From positions 63,939-127,938 of the forward strand of contig DASWWW010000002.1 in assembly GCA_036400935.1 (NCBI GenBank): a stretch of DNA of 64,000 nucleotides, in the 5' to 3' direction. Made by a program: the position numbers and the translations under genes. How positions within the stretch are numbered: position 1 is the first letter of the stretch; the number at the start of each line of letters is the position of its first letter. Of this stretch, positions 45,888 to 56,562 are shown piece after piece. Under the pieces are notes generated by a model. It was not told where the DNA came from and searched no databases. It saw nothing but the letters and a program-made list of their open reading frames with translations. The stretch is from Minisyncoccota bacterium (GTDB taxonomy: Bacteria > Patescibacteriota > Minisyncoccia > Phycocordibacterales > UBA6065).

Positions 45888-45913
45888 ATTTTCGGCAACT
45901 TCAGATACGGCAA

Positions 45914-45948
45914 GCCCCGATTCGCGAGAATCGGGGCTTTTTATTTTC
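45914..45948 (+). terminator. Rho-independent terminator (GCCCCGATTC-gcga-GAATCGGGGC + T5ATTTT)
   Basis: Read directly. Confidence 0.65.
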
Positions 45949-45956
45949 CAAATTTT

Positions 45957-48596
45957 CTATTTCTTCTTCAGCAGCTTCTTTAGATACATTCCCGTATGGC
46001 TCTTCGGATTGGCCGCCACGTCCTCGGGAGTTCCCTTGGCCACGACGTACCCGCCGCCCTTTCCGCCTTCAGGGCCCATATCGACGATATAGTCGGCGCA
46101 CTTGATGAGGTCGAGGTTGTGCTCGATGACGATGACGGTATTGCCGTGATCGACGAGCTTCTGGAGGATCTCGACGAGCTTGCGCACGTCCTCGTAGTGG
46201 AGTCCGACGGTCGGCTCGTCCAAGAGGAAGACGGTCTTGTGGGTGTCAGGCCTGTAGAGCTCAGACGAGATCTTTACGCGCTGCGCCTCTCCTCCCGACA
46301 ATGTCGTAGCGGACTGGCCGAGCTCGAGATATCCGAGGCCCACTTCAGAGAGCGTCTTGAGCCTGTCATAGATCGCAGGGATGTCCTCAAAGAATTTGAG
46401 CGACTCCTCGACAGTCATCTCAAGCACGTCGAATACGCTCTTGCCCTTGTATTTGACCTCTAGAGTCTCCTTGGTAAAGCGCTTGCCCTGGCAGATCTCG
46501 CACGGTACGTAGACGGTCGGCAAGAAATGCATTTCGACCGCGATCTCGCCGTTTCCTTGGCAGGCTTCGCAGCGTCCGCCCTTTACATTGAACGAAAAGC
46601 GGTTCGATTTCCACCCTCGGGCGCGGGCCTCGGAAGTCTCGGCGAACATCTCGCGAATGTAGGTCCACGCGCCGGTGTATGTGGCCGGGTTCGAGCGCGG
46701 GGTTCGCCCGATCGGAGACTGGTCAATGAGGATCGTTCGCGAGACGTACTCAGTTCCCGTAAACGACGTCGCATTGAAGGTCTCGTTCGTCCTGTGGCGC
46801 TTCTCGAGGCGTGCCTGGAGGTTCTTATGGACGATCTCGTAGAGGAACGAAGACTTTCCGGAGCCGGACACGCCCGTAATGGCTACGAGCTTGCCGAGCG
46901 GCAGGTCTGCCGAAAGATTCTTGATATTGAAGATGTTTCCGCCCTTGATCGAGAGCTTGCCCTTGTCGTGGTTGCGGCGGACGTCCGGAAGCTCGATTTT
47001 CATCTCGCCTCGCAGGTAGCTCAGGGTAAGCGAATTCGAGTCGTTTTTCTTGGCGGTGAGAAGAGGCTCGAGATAGTCGGCCACGACGACGTTTCCGCCG
47101 TGCACGCCGGCGCCCGGACCGATGTCGATAATGTAATCGGACGCGAAAATGGTGTCCTCATCGTGCTCGACGACGAGAATGGTGTTGCCGAGGTCGCGCA
47201 GGTTGAGCAAGGTCTTGATCAGGCGGTCGTTATCGCGCTGGTGGAGGCCAATCGTAGGCTCATCCAGAACATATAGCGCGCCCACGAGGCCGGAACCGAG
47301 CTGCGACGCCAGCCTGATGCGCTGCGCCTCGCCTCCTGACAGCGTATGGGCGCGGCGGTCGAGCGTAAGGTACTCGATGCCCACGTCGAGCATGAATTTC
47401 AGGCGCGATTCGATCTCCTTGAAGACGGCCTTGGCGATCGTACGCTCCTTGTCCGAGATTTTCGCATTATTGAAGTAGTCGAAAGCCTGAGCGATCGACA
47501 TGGTCGTCACGCCCACGATAGAGACGCCGTCGATGAGGACGTGCAGGGCCTCCTCGCGCAGTCGTGCGCCCTTGCAGGTGTCGCACGGCTCGTCGCCGAA
47601 GATGTATTTCGTTCCGAGGCCGTTACAAGCGGGACACGCTCCATATGGCGAGTTGAATGAGAACAGGCGCGGCTCCACCTCTGGGTATGCGTAGCCGTCG
47701 TACGGGCACATGAACTTTACCGACATCAATTTTTCGGTCGGCGCGTCCTTTCCAGGCGTCTCGATCTTCAGGAGGCCGCCTGATTCGTTCACCGATCGCT
47801 CGATAGCTTCGGCAAGGCGCTCGCGCACGCCCTTTGGGTCGTTCTTGAACTCGCTGATATAGAACTCGTCGATGAGGATGTCGATGTCGTGCTTCTTGTT
47901 CTTCTCAAGCTCGATGCGCTCGCGGAGCTTTTTCACGACGCCGTCGATTTTGACGGTCTCATAGCCCTTGCCGAGGTAGTCGTAGAGCATCTGGTAGTAC
48001 TCGCCCTTGCGGCCGACCACGACCGGCGAGTAGATGCGAACTTTCGCCTTGTCTACGGGCACGCCCATTACTTTGGTGCCGTGATCTTCGGTCTTTATGT
48101 GGTTGATGCTGTCGAAAACGGTCTCAAGGATCTCCTCATTTGAGAGTTTTTTGATCTCGCGGTTGCAGATGAGGCAGTGCGGATGACCGATGCGCGCGAA
48201 AAGCACGCGCAGATAGTCGTAAATTTCGGTCTGGGTGGCGACGGTCGAGCGCGGATTGTTCGAGCGAGATTTTTGGTCGATAGAGATGGCTGGCGAGAGT
48301 CCGGAAATCTCGTCCACATCGGGCTTCTGCATCTGGCGCAAGAACTGGCGAGCGTATGACGAGAGCGACTCCACATAGCGACGCTGGCCCTCGGCGAAAA
48401 TGGTATCGAAAGCGAGCGACGACTTTCCGGAGCCGGAAAGGCCGGTAAACACGACCATCTTGTTGCGCGGCATGTCGACCGTGATGTTCTTCAGGTTGTG
48501 GGTGCGCGCGCCCTTTACCACGAGCTTGTCCGCGCCGGGATTGAAATCCGCCTTTGCATGCGAATGCGAGTCGTTTTTTGTGGTTTTTTTGCTCAT
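45957..48596 (-). CDS. uvrA: Excinuclease ABC subunit A
   Basis: Two ABC ATPase modules ([12 protein letters not shown]…; [12 protein letters not shown]…) and zinc-finger Cys. 879 aa. Confidence 0.95.
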   Translation of the reverse strand: MSKKTTKNDSHSHAKADFNPGADKLVVKGARTHNLKNITVDMPRNKMVVFTGLSGSGKSSLAFDTIFAEGQRRYVESLSSYARQFLRQMQKPDVDEISGLSPAISIDQKSRSNNPRSTVATQTEIYDYLRVLFARIGHPHCLICNREIKKLSNEEILETVFDSINHIKTEDHGTKVMGVPVDKAKVRIYSPVVVGRKGEYYQMLYDYLGKGYETVKIDGVVKKLRERIELEKNKKHDIDILIDEFYISEFKNDPKGVRERLAEAIERSVNESGGLLKIETPGKDAPTEKLMSVKFMCPYDGYAYPEVEPRLFSFNSPYGACPACNGLGTKYIFGDEPCDTCKGARLREEALHVLIDGVSIVGVTTMSIAQAFDYFNNAKISDKERTIAKAVFKEIESRLKFMLDVGIEYLTLDRRAHTLSGGEAQRIRLASQLGSGLVGALYVLDEPTIGLHQRDNDRLIKTLLNLRDLGNTILVVEHDEDTIFASDYIIDIGPGAGVHGGNVVVADYLEPLLTAKKNDSNSLTLSYLRGEMKIELPDVRRNHDKGKLSIKGGNIFNIKNLSADLPLGKLVAITGVSGSGKSSFLYEIVHKNLQARLEKRHRTNETFNATSFTGTEYVSRTILIDQSPIGRTPRSNPATYTGAWTYIREMFAETSEARARGWKSNRFSFNVKGGRCEACQGNGEIAVEMHFLPTVYVPCEICQGKRFTKETLEVKYKGKSVFDVLEMTVEESLKFFEDIPAIYDRLKTLSEVGLGYLELGQSATTLSGGEAQRVKISSELYRPDTHKTVFLLDEPTVGLHYEDVRKLVEILQKLVDHGNTVIVIEHNLDLIKCADYIVDMGPEGGKGGGYVVAKGTPEDVAANPKSHTGMYLKKLLKKK

Positions 48597-48685
48597 TATC
48601 GTTGGTTTAGCCGCCTATATATAGGACTTCGCCCCTGGCGCGTCGCTAGGGGTTTGATGGTACCATCTTAGCAGATCACGACACT

Positions 48686-49039
48686 TTACGAAAGCCGTCC
48701 ACCCCTAAAAGCCTGAAGGCTGCGAACTGCTCTGATAATATCGGATTTCCAATAGCCGCCGCGTTCCGCATCTTTGTCCGAGTCCATACCCAAATCCCGC
48801 TTTTTTATGCGACGCAAAAGGCCGCGTTCGCAGAGCCTTTTGAGTGCGTAGTGGACATTGCCGCGAGAAACTTTCAAGTCGCGCGCGATTGCGGTAGTTG
48901 ATCTCGGATTATTCCACGTAGCAATAATTATTTTCCGCTCCATTTGCGTCAACCCAAGAACATCAAAGCACCGGTCGTTCACTGAAGGCGCCGGATTATT
49001 TTTTCCATACTGGTGCTGCTCTATCTCTTTTTCCATCAT
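48686..49039 (-). CDS. small winged-helix HTH transcriptional regulator (MarR/TrmB-like), likely autoregulated
   Basis: …LTQMERKIIIATWNNPRSTTAIARDLKVSRGNVHYALKRLCERGLL…. Its start codon lies inside a 21-bp perfect inverted repeat. Confidence 0.7.
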   Translation of the reverse strand: MMEKEIEQHQYGKNNPAPSVNDRCFDVLGLTQMERKIIIATWNNPRSTTAIARDLKVSRGNVHYALKRLCERGLLRRIKKRDLGMDSDKDAERGGYWKSDIIRAVRSLQAFRGGRLS

Positions 49040-49080
49040 AGGGATTTTGTAGTATTTTTTACTACAAAATCCCTATGATG
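49034..49080. promoter_or_regulatory. perfect 21-bp inverted repeat CATCATAGGGATTTTGTAGTA-ttttt-TACTACAAAATCCCTATGATG (operator candidate)
   Basis: Read directly. It overlaps the ATGATG start of the regulator. Putative -35/-10 (TTACTC-N17-ATATAT) lies just upstream on the minus strand. Confidence 0.6.
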
Positions 49081-49125
49081 GAAAATATATCTCTCACCCA
49101 ATCTCCCGAGTAATTTCTGAGAAGA

Positions 49126-49785
49126 CTATAATTTCCTTATCGCCTCTACCAATTCTGGAAAATGCTCTACCCTGAAATGCCCGCGATCTTTGAACGTGAC
49201 GAGCTCCGCCTCCGGCATGCCCTTCTTGTAGAGCTTTGCATGCGAGGCGGCGACCACCTTGTCGTCCTCGCTATGATAGATGGCCATCTTGCCCGACTGC
49301 GCTACGAGCTTTTTGAAGAATCCCGGCTTGTCGCTCACGGTAAAGCCCGCGTTCGCGCGCATTCCCGGATGGCCGCTTCCCTTCTTGCCCGGCTTGAAAA
49401 ATGGCGCTGCGACTAGAAACACTCCAGCGATCTTTACCTTTAGTTTGTTCTCGCTCAGGTAGCGGGCAAGGAAAATGCCGCCGAGAGAATGTCCGACAAG
49501 TACCGCGCCGCCATTCCCACCCGTCAGGAACGCTGCCGCCTTTTCAAAAACGACCTTCCACTCCTCATATTTGGCGTCCTCGGGCGAAGGCATCTCCGGC
49601 TGGAACACTTCAAAATTGCCGGCCGCCTTGCCGCCGTTCAGGTCCTCGCCCAGATTGTCCTTCCACCTCTTTGATCGGTCGCGGAAGAGATCCTCGCGTT
49701 TCATCGGCTCCTTCTTGAGGGACGCCAGATATTCCGCGCGAGTGTCGAAGAAATTTCCGCCATGTATTGCGAGCACCTGTTTCAT
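49126..49785 (-). CDS. alpha/beta-fold serine hydrolase (YdeN/RBBP9-like)
   Basis: …AVLVGHSLGGIFLARYL… nucleophile elbow GHSLG. Start overlaps the uvrB stop by 4 nt. Confidence 0.7.
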   Translation of the reverse strand: MKQVLAIHGGNFFDTRAEYLASLKKEPMKREDLFRDRSKRWKDNLGEDLNGGKAAGNFEVFQPEMPSPEDAKYEEWKVVFEKAAAFLTGGNGGAVLVGHSLGGIFLARYLSENKLKVKIAGVFLVAAPFFKPGKKGSGHPGMRANAGFTVSDKPGFFKKLVAQSGKMAIYHSEDDKVVAASHAKLYKKGMPEAELVTFKDRGHFRVEHFPELVEAIRKL

Positions 49786-51908
49786 ATTATTTCATCGCTA
49801 TTCTTATCCTTAGCCGCCTTTTCCTCCGCCTTCTTACCGGAAAGCCTCTTTTTCTTGTCTACCTTGGGCGGCTTTGGCGCTGCTGCATCGAGCTTTTCGT
49901 ACAAGGCCTGGATCTCGTCTCGCAAGAGCGCTGCCGTCTCGAAATCGAGCAACTTGACCGCATCGTTCATCTGGCGCTCCTTCTCGCGGATCAGGGCCTT
50001 TGGATCCTTGGCGAACATGGCCTCGTCGATCTTCAACTGCTCCTTTACGGCCTTCTTGTGCTCGGTCTGCATGTGGTCGGTGATATCCTTGATCGCCTTG
50101 ATGATTGTCTTTGGGGTGATGCCGTGCTTTGCATTGTACGCCTCCTGGATTTTGCGGCGGCGGTTAGTCTCCTTTACAGCGCGCTCGATCGAGCCGGTTA
50201 CCTGATCAGCATAAATAATCACGCGGCCCTCGGCATTTCGCGCGGCGCGGCCGATGATCTGAATGAGCGAGGTCTCCGATCGCAGGAATCCCTCCTTGTC
50301 CGCGTCCAAAATGGCGATCAATGCCACCTCGGGCAAGTCGAGTCCCTCTCGCAAGAGGTTGATACCGACAAGCACGTCGAATTCGCCGCGGCGGAACTTG
50401 GTCAGGATCTCGATTCGGTCGATCGTCTTGATATCGCTATGCAAGTATTCGGACTTGATCTTCCTTTCCTTGAGGTAGTCCACGAGGTCCTCGGCCATCT
50501 TTTTCGTCAGCGTCGTAAGGATGACGCGGAAGCCTGCCTTGATGGTCTTTTCTGCCTCGGCGATAGAGTCGGCGATCTGGCCGGGGAATGGATTCTTCCC
50601 TGCTTTCGTTTCAGTAACCGGCTTTATGGTGACGACCGGATCCAAGAGGCCAGTCGGTCGGATGACCTGCTCCATGATCTGGGTGCTGTTCTCCTTTTCG
50701 TACGCGCCCGGGGTCGCCGACGTATAGACGGTCTGGCCGACGCGCTGCTCAAACTCGCTGAACTGCAGCGGGCGGTTGTCGCGAGCCGACGGCAGGCGGA
50801 ATCCGTGCTCGATCAGGGTGTTCTTGCGGGACTGGTCGCCGGCATACATGCCCCCGATCTGCGGGATGGTCACGTGCGACTCGTCGATGATGGTAAGGAA
50901 GTCAGGCGTGCCGTCTGCCTTGTGCGGGAAGTATGACAAAAGGGTTTCAGGCGCCTCGCCCGGAGCCTTGCCTGCGAAATGGCGCGAATAGTTCTCGATG
51001 CCGTTGCAGTAGCCGACCTCGCGAATCATGGCGAGATCGTAGGTCGTGCGGCGCTTCAGGCGCTCCGCCTCGAGGTTCTTTCCCTCGGACTTGAGCTGCT
51101 CTAGCCGCGCGTCGAGCTCGGCCTTGATCGAGTTGAAGGCGCTCTCGATCTGAGCCTTGTCGGTGATGAAATGCTTTGCCGGAAAGAGGAAGAATACGTC
51201 GAGAGGCTTGAGGAGCGCTCGCGTCACGTGATCGATCTGGTCGATATGGCTCACGACGCCGCCGTCAAAGCTGATGCGGTAGATGACTTTTTCGTTTACG
51301 GGCATGACTTCGATCATGTTTCCGATGGCGCGCATCTGGCCCGGCTCGAGGTCGGCGTTGGTGCGCTCGAAATGGATGCCGACCATGCGGCGGATCATCT
51401 CCATGCGGTCGGCTTTCATGCCGACAGAGACTTTCATATTTACCTTCTCGTATTCTTTCGGCGAGCCGAGACCGTATATGCACGAAACTGATGCCACGAT
51501 GATGACATCCTTTCGCGTAAGCAAGGCTTGAGTCGAGGCATGGCGCAATCGCTCGATCTCCTCGTTGATCATGGCCTCCTTCTCGATATAGGTATCAGTG
51601 ACGGGCATGTACGCCTCCGGCTGGTAGTAGTCGTAGTACGAGACGAAATAATGTACGGCATTCTCTGGGAAGAATTCCGCATACTCCTGGGCGAGCTGCG
51701 CCGCGAGAGTCTTGTTATGCGCGATGACAAGCGTCGGCTTGCCCACCTGAGCGATCACGTTCGCGGCCGTAAAGGTCTTTCCCGAGCCGGTAACGCCCAA
51801 AAGCGTCTGGTGGCGAGCGCCGGACTTTATGCCCTTTACGAGGCCTTCTATGGCCTTTGGCTGGTCTCCTGCGGGCGCAAACCCGTTATGTACCTTGAAT
51901 AATGGCAT
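49782..51908 (-). CDS. uvrB: Excinuclease ABC subunit B
   Basis: …LLGVTGSGKTFTAANVIAQ… helicase motifs. C-terminal UVR domain …ALLRDEIQALYEKL…. Confidence 0.95.
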   Translation of the reverse strand: MPLFKVHNGFAPAGDQPKAIEGLVKGIKSGARHQTLLGVTGSGKTFTAANVIAQVGKPTLVIAHNKTLAAQLAQEYAEFFPENAVHYFVSYYDYYQPEAYMPVTDTYIEKEAMINEEIERLRHASTQALLTRKDVIIVASVSCIYGLGSPKEYEKVNMKVSVGMKADRMEMIRRMVGIHFERTNADLEPGQMRAIGNMIEVMPVNEKVIYRISFDGGVVSHIDQIDHVTRALLKPLDVFFLFPAKHFITDKAQIESAFNSIKAELDARLEQLKSEGKNLEAERLKRRTTYDLAMIREVGYCNGIENYSRHFAGKAPGEAPETLLSYFPHKADGTPDFLTIIDESHVTIPQIGGMYAGDQSRKNTLIEHGFRLPSARDNRPLQFSEFEQRVGQTVYTSATPGAYEKENSTQIMEQVIRPTGLLDPVVTIKPVTETKAGKNPFPGQIADSIAEAEKTIKAGFRVILTTLTKKMAEDLVDYLKERKIKSEYLHSDIKTIDRIEILTKFRRGEFDVLVGINLLREGLDLPEVALIAILDADKEGFLRSETSLIQIIGRAARNAEGRVIIYADQVTGSIERAVKETNRRRKIQEAYNAKHGITPKTIIKAIKDITDHMQTEHKKAVKEQLKIDEAMFAKDPKALIREKERQMNDAVKLLDFETAALLRDEIQALYEKLDAAAPKPPKVDKKKRLSGKKAEEKAAKDKNSDEII

Positions 51909-51970
51909 CTAGTTACTATAGCGCACCACGAGCGGGACATAAAGAGGACCCCTGCGATACGCGTAGTAGA

Positions 51971-52000
51971 AATAAAAAGCCGCGCACGAAGTGCGCGGCC
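51971..52000 (-). terminator. Rho-independent terminator (GCCGCGCAC-ttc-GTGCGCGGC + T5ATTT)
   Basis: Read on the minus strand directly after the 52008 stop. Confidence 0.65.
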
Positions 52001-52007
52001 ATATTGC

Positions 52008-52511
52008 CTAGTCCGTGTGACCCTGCTCGTCGGGTCCCGGCGCAGCAACAAGCTCGGCGGCTTGATTCAATGCAGCGGCCGTTACGGACCTCGGAAGATG
52101 CGTAAGGCACCGGTGACTAGTCCCGGCCTCACGGCCGTCGCCGTCAAAAGTCTGATTTACGTGTGCCGGGCCTTTAGGCTTCGACTCCTTCGGCTTCTGG
52201 CTCGTGACAGGCTTTCGGCTCTGCTTAAGAGCCTTATACTCCTCACGAGTCATGAACGTGCCGCTCTTGCGGTCGATTACGACCTTTACGCGCTTGGCAT
52301 GTCCCTCGCACACTGCCCAGAAAAAACCGGGATGGATGCTATAAGGATCCTTGAGAAGCTTGCCGTCCCTCCAAAGAACCTCGTCGGCCTTGGGTGCTTT
52401 ATGCCTTCCCTCTGCCTTGCGAATGGGCCTGTACGCCCTATTCGGATTCTCGACCGTATGAACAGTGATGATCTCGAGTGCCGTAAGCTTGCTAACCATT
52501 TCTTCGCTCAT
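52008..52511 (-). CDS. hypothetical protein (start at MSEEMVSKL…)
   Basis: ORF followed by a strong terminator. No motif recognised. Confidence 0.5.
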   Translation of the reverse strand: MSEEMVSKLTALEIITVHTVENPNRAYRPIRKAEGRHKAPKADEVLWRDGKLLKDPYSIHPGFFWAVCEGHAKRVKVVIDRKSGTFMTREEYKALKQSRKPVTSQKPKESKPKGPAHVNQTFDGDGREAGTSHRCLTHLPRSVTAAALNQAAELVAAPGPDEQGHTD

Positions 52512-52792
52512 TGCTAGTTTGATTTTGGGTTTATGATTCGGAATTACAAACAAGAGCCTGACAATCTAAAAAGAACAATCTGTGCCGACAAAAACAAAAT
52601 GAGCCATCGAATCTCTTCGAGGGCTCATTCTTGATTTCGCAGGTATTTTACGTTTAGCGCACGCGATCAGAAATGAGCCCTTCGTTTCGAAGGACCTTCT
52701 TAATGATCACTGTCTTTGTTCCAACGTATGACATGCGTAAAAGGATATCACAAACGGCCCTCTTGGCAAGATTTATGGGTAAAGACATATAT

Positions 52793-52820
52793 TTGACATT
52801 TAGTAAAATATATGTAATAT
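52793..52820 (+). promoter_or_regulatory. sigma-70 promoter TTGACA-N16-TAATAT
   Basis: Read directly. The ATG at 52825 is too close, so the start is reassigned to 52873. Confidence 0.5.
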
Positions 52821-52872
52821 AAAAATGTGTTCCTCAACAGTCCCGTTCATTAAATCGTCAGTATTTTGTCAC

Positions 52873-53457
52873 ATGAGCAATGATCAAGATTCATCCAAAC
52901 GCGTCCGCCACTCGCCCAGCTCGCTGATCATCAGCGATAACGACGAAACGGCGGCACACTTCTTCGAGCAGTTCTGCCGGCAGATCCCCATCCCTGGGAA
53001 ACTGACCGTCAAGATCGTCAACAAGCAGGCCAAGGTCAGGGCCATGCTCGGCAAGACCGGCATACGGCTTGTACCGCGACTGCCCGGCAAGCACTCGGTC
53101 GAGACGATCCTGTTTCTGAGCCCGACCGAAGCATGGCTGTGCTCTATGAGGGCCGAGGAAATGGGGGCGAGCAGCCTTCATAGCCTCATCCATACGTCTC
53201 CCGCGATGAAGGGTGATTTCTTCGAGTGCGAACCGAAGGCTACGGTGCCCGCACCGGCAGCAGCGCCGGCCGCGAAGGATACGGGGCAAGCGGCCTCTGC
53301 TCCGAAAAAGCAGCAGAAACTCCTGGCCCAGGCTGCCGACCTCAAGGAAATGGGGCGGCTGATCGAAGTGGCCATCGCCCTTCACCGACAAGGTGAAGAG
53401 TCTCTCGCCGAGGCCCGCAGGCTCGCCAGGAAGCACGGGATACAGATCGCCATCTGA
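52873..53457 (+). CDS. hypothetical protein; N-terminal domain paralogous to the next gene, followed by an A/P-rich linker and helical C-terminus
   Basis: …SPTEAWLCSMRAEEMGASSLHSLIHTSPAMKGDFFECEP aligns with …APEEAYQCTILPPAEGGGYALDRLLRRTVFAGGDFHQMEAGP of 53587-54453. Confidence 0.55.
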   Translation: MSNDQDSSKRVRHSPSSLIISDNDETAAHFFEQFCRQIPIPGKLTVKIVNKQAKVRAMLGKTGIRLVPRLPGKHSVETILFLSPTEAWLCSMRAEEMGASSLHSLIHTSPAMKGDFFECEPKATVPAPAAAPAAKDTGQAASAPKKQQKLLAQAADLKEMGRLIEVAIALHRQGEESLAEARRLARKHGIQIAI

Positions 53458-53476
53458 CAAGTATTTGAATCCCACG

Positions 53477-53507
53477 GACCGCCCCTCAAAAGGCGGTCTT
53501 TTTTATT
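53477..53507 (+). terminator. Rho-independent terminator (GACCGCC-loop-GGCGGTC + T8)
   Basis: Read directly. Confidence 0.65.
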
Positions 53508-53586
53508 CACCGTGAGGCTTTGACTTTGCCGTGAAAGCGCATACTATCAGAAGCACCAGAACTCGTTCTTTAAACCGCTATCAGCC

Positions 53587-54453
53587 ATGTCATCAATCAG
53601 TCCCACTTCAGGATCCGTAGGATCCTCGTCGGGCACAGGCCCGTCTGTTAGTCCTGATACGATCGCCACTCTCCAAGGTTATGTAAATCGCCTATGCGAG
53701 TTGGCGGGCGCCAAGGCAGGTCTGGGTACATGCCTCGGCAAGACAAGTCTGCCGACGCGCAGAGAACCAGGCGTCAAGCTGATGCCCTACACCACGACGA
53801 AACCGGTCAATGTAGTGATCCAAATCGCTCCAGAAGAGGCGTATCAGTGCACGATCCTGCCTCCGGCCGAAGGAGGGGGCTACGCACTCGACCGGCTCCT
53901 CAGAAGGACGGTCTTTGCTGGCGGCGATTTCCATCAGATGGAAGCCGGTCCGGCAACTTCCGCCATGCCGCAAAGTCCGAAGCCGGCACCATCGCCTCCC
54001 ACACCGCCAGCAAGAACTGCGGCACCGGATAAAAATAACGCCGATCGACCCACACAGCCTTCCCAGCCTCCTGCAGCTACGCCAGCCAAAGCACCTGCGC
54101 CATATCGGGAACCGGAAGCCATGCCGCCGAAGGCACAGAAGCGAAAGCCGGCAAAGCAAAAGGCCAAGAAGAAGGCGAAGAGCTCGAAGCCTACCGCAAA
54201 AGCCAAAAAGCCGGAAGCTGCCAAGCAATTGGTGCGTCCGGACGGCTATTATCGGAAGGCAATGCGCAAGCAACGTCTGGCCACAGCCGAGGTCGAGCTC
54301 ATCGACGCGCTCGAAGGGCGTATCGCGGCTATAGACGAGAAAGTTAAGGAGAGAATCGCCGCCCTACAGGCTCAAGCCGATCGGGAGATCGACGTCCTGC
54401 GACTCGAGCAGGAGCAAGCGATGACTCACCTGAAGGAGCTCATGAAAGCATAG
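53587..54453 (+). CDS. hypothetical protein; N-terminal domain paralogous to 52873-53457, long P/A/K-rich low-complexity linker, C-terminal coiled coil
   Basis: Alignment as above. …KPAPSPPTPPARTAAP…KRKPAKQKAKKKAKSSKPTAKAKKPEAAK…. Confidence 0.6.
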   Translation: MSSISPTSGSVGSSSGTGPSVSPDTIATLQGYVNRLCELAGAKAGLGTCLGKTSLPTRREPGVKLMPYTTTKPVNVVIQIAPEEAYQCTILPPAEGGGYALDRLLRRTVFAGGDFHQMEAGPATSAMPQSPKPAPSPPTPPARTAAPDKNNADRPTQPSQPPAATPAKAPAPYREPEAMPPKAQKRKPAKQKAKKKAKSSKPTAKAKKPEAAKQLVRPDGYYRKAMRKQRLATAEVELIDALEGRIAAIDEKVKERIAALQAQADREIDVLRLEQEQAMTHLKELMKA

Positions 54454-54454
54454 A

Positions 54455-54479
54455 CCGTCCCCGTGGACGGCCTTTTTTA
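54455..54479 (+). terminator. Rho-independent terminator (CCGTCC-ccgt-GGACGG + T6)
   Basis: Read directly. Confidence 0.65.
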
Positions 54480-54530
54480 TGGAAATAATGAGCGAAGCGA
54501 ATATATTTCCATTATCCCCTTGGGGATATT

Positions 54531-55766
<1,236 letters not shown>

Positions 55767-56516
55767 CTACTCCCTCCTCAATTTCGCCTCCTTGATGATC
55801 TGGACGATCTCCTCGTCGCTGTCGGTAATGTGATAGATCTTCTCGTCGCCCGGAGAGATAGTCTGGAAATCGTCGCGCAATGCGGCAGACAGGGTGTCGA
55901 CATTCTTCCAGAAATCCCTGCCCACGCAGATGATCGGCACTTTCGGAATCTTGCGGGTCTGCATCAATGTGACGATCTCAAAGAACTCGTCCATAGTGCC
56001 GTAGCCGCCCGGGAAATAGATGTATGCCTCGGCTGAGAAAGAGAGCGCCACCTTTCGTATGAAAAAGTAGTAGAAGCGGACGCTCGCCGTCAAAAACTCG
56101 TTCATCTTCTGCTCGTGCGGAAGGACAATGTTCATGCCGATGGACTTGCCGCCCGCCTCGTAGGCGCCGCGATTGGCAGCCTCCATGATGCCTCCCGCGC
56201 CCCCGGTAATGACGGCGTAGCCGGTCTCCTCGACGATCCTCTTGGCCAATTCGCGGGCGCGGATATAGCACGGATGATCTTCCGTGAATCGGGCCGATCC
56301 GAAGAACGTGATGGAGCGCGGATAGCTCTTGAGGAACTTGAACGTATGCCGAAACTCCTTGTTGATAGTCGCCAGGCGCTTGCGCGAGCCGTCCTTGAGC
56401 TCCTTCATCGATAGCTCGTGATCGGTCAGGCGATTCTCGATCATTTCGGCCATTTCAGCCGATCCCGCCGCATGTTTCGTCTTTTTCTTGAAGAGGTGTC
56501 GTAGCATGTGAGACAT
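55767..56516 (-). CDS. LOG family protein (TIGR00730-like cytokinin riboside 5'-monophosphate phosphoribohydrolase fold); start uncertain (56516 chosen to avoid overlap with the divergent FKBP gene)
   Basis: …AVITGGAGGIMEAANRGA… and PGGYGTMDEFFE motifs. Confidence 0.75.
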   Translation of the reverse strand: MSHMLRHLFKKKTKHAAGSAEMAEMIENRLTDHELSMKELKDGSRKRLATINKEFRHTFKFLKSYPRSITFFGSARFTEDHPCYIRARELAKRIVEETGYAVITGGAGGIMEAANRGAYEAGGKSIGMNIVLPHEQKMNEFLTASVRFYYFFIRKVALSFSAEAYIYFPGGYGTMDEFFEIVTLMQTRKIPKVPIICVGRDFWKNVDTLSAALRDDFQTISPGDEKIYHITDSDEEIVQIIKEAKLRRE

Positions 56517-56562
56517 TATAGTACAATGTCTGGGTACAAGCATCTTATTTTTAACCTTACAC

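Noticed and set aside
46527-47276. 249-aa plus-strand ORF
   Set aside because: Antisense to uvrA, so rejected as a shadow ORF.
50263-50936. Short plus-strand ORFs and the 389-aa ORF 49767-50936 inside uvrB
   Set aside because: Antisense to uvrB, so rejected as shadow ORFs.
53692-54273. 193-aa minus-strand Cys/Arg-rich ORF
   Set aside because: Antisense to the P/A/K-rich low-complexity region of 53587-54453. GC-rich repeats generate open frames on both strands.
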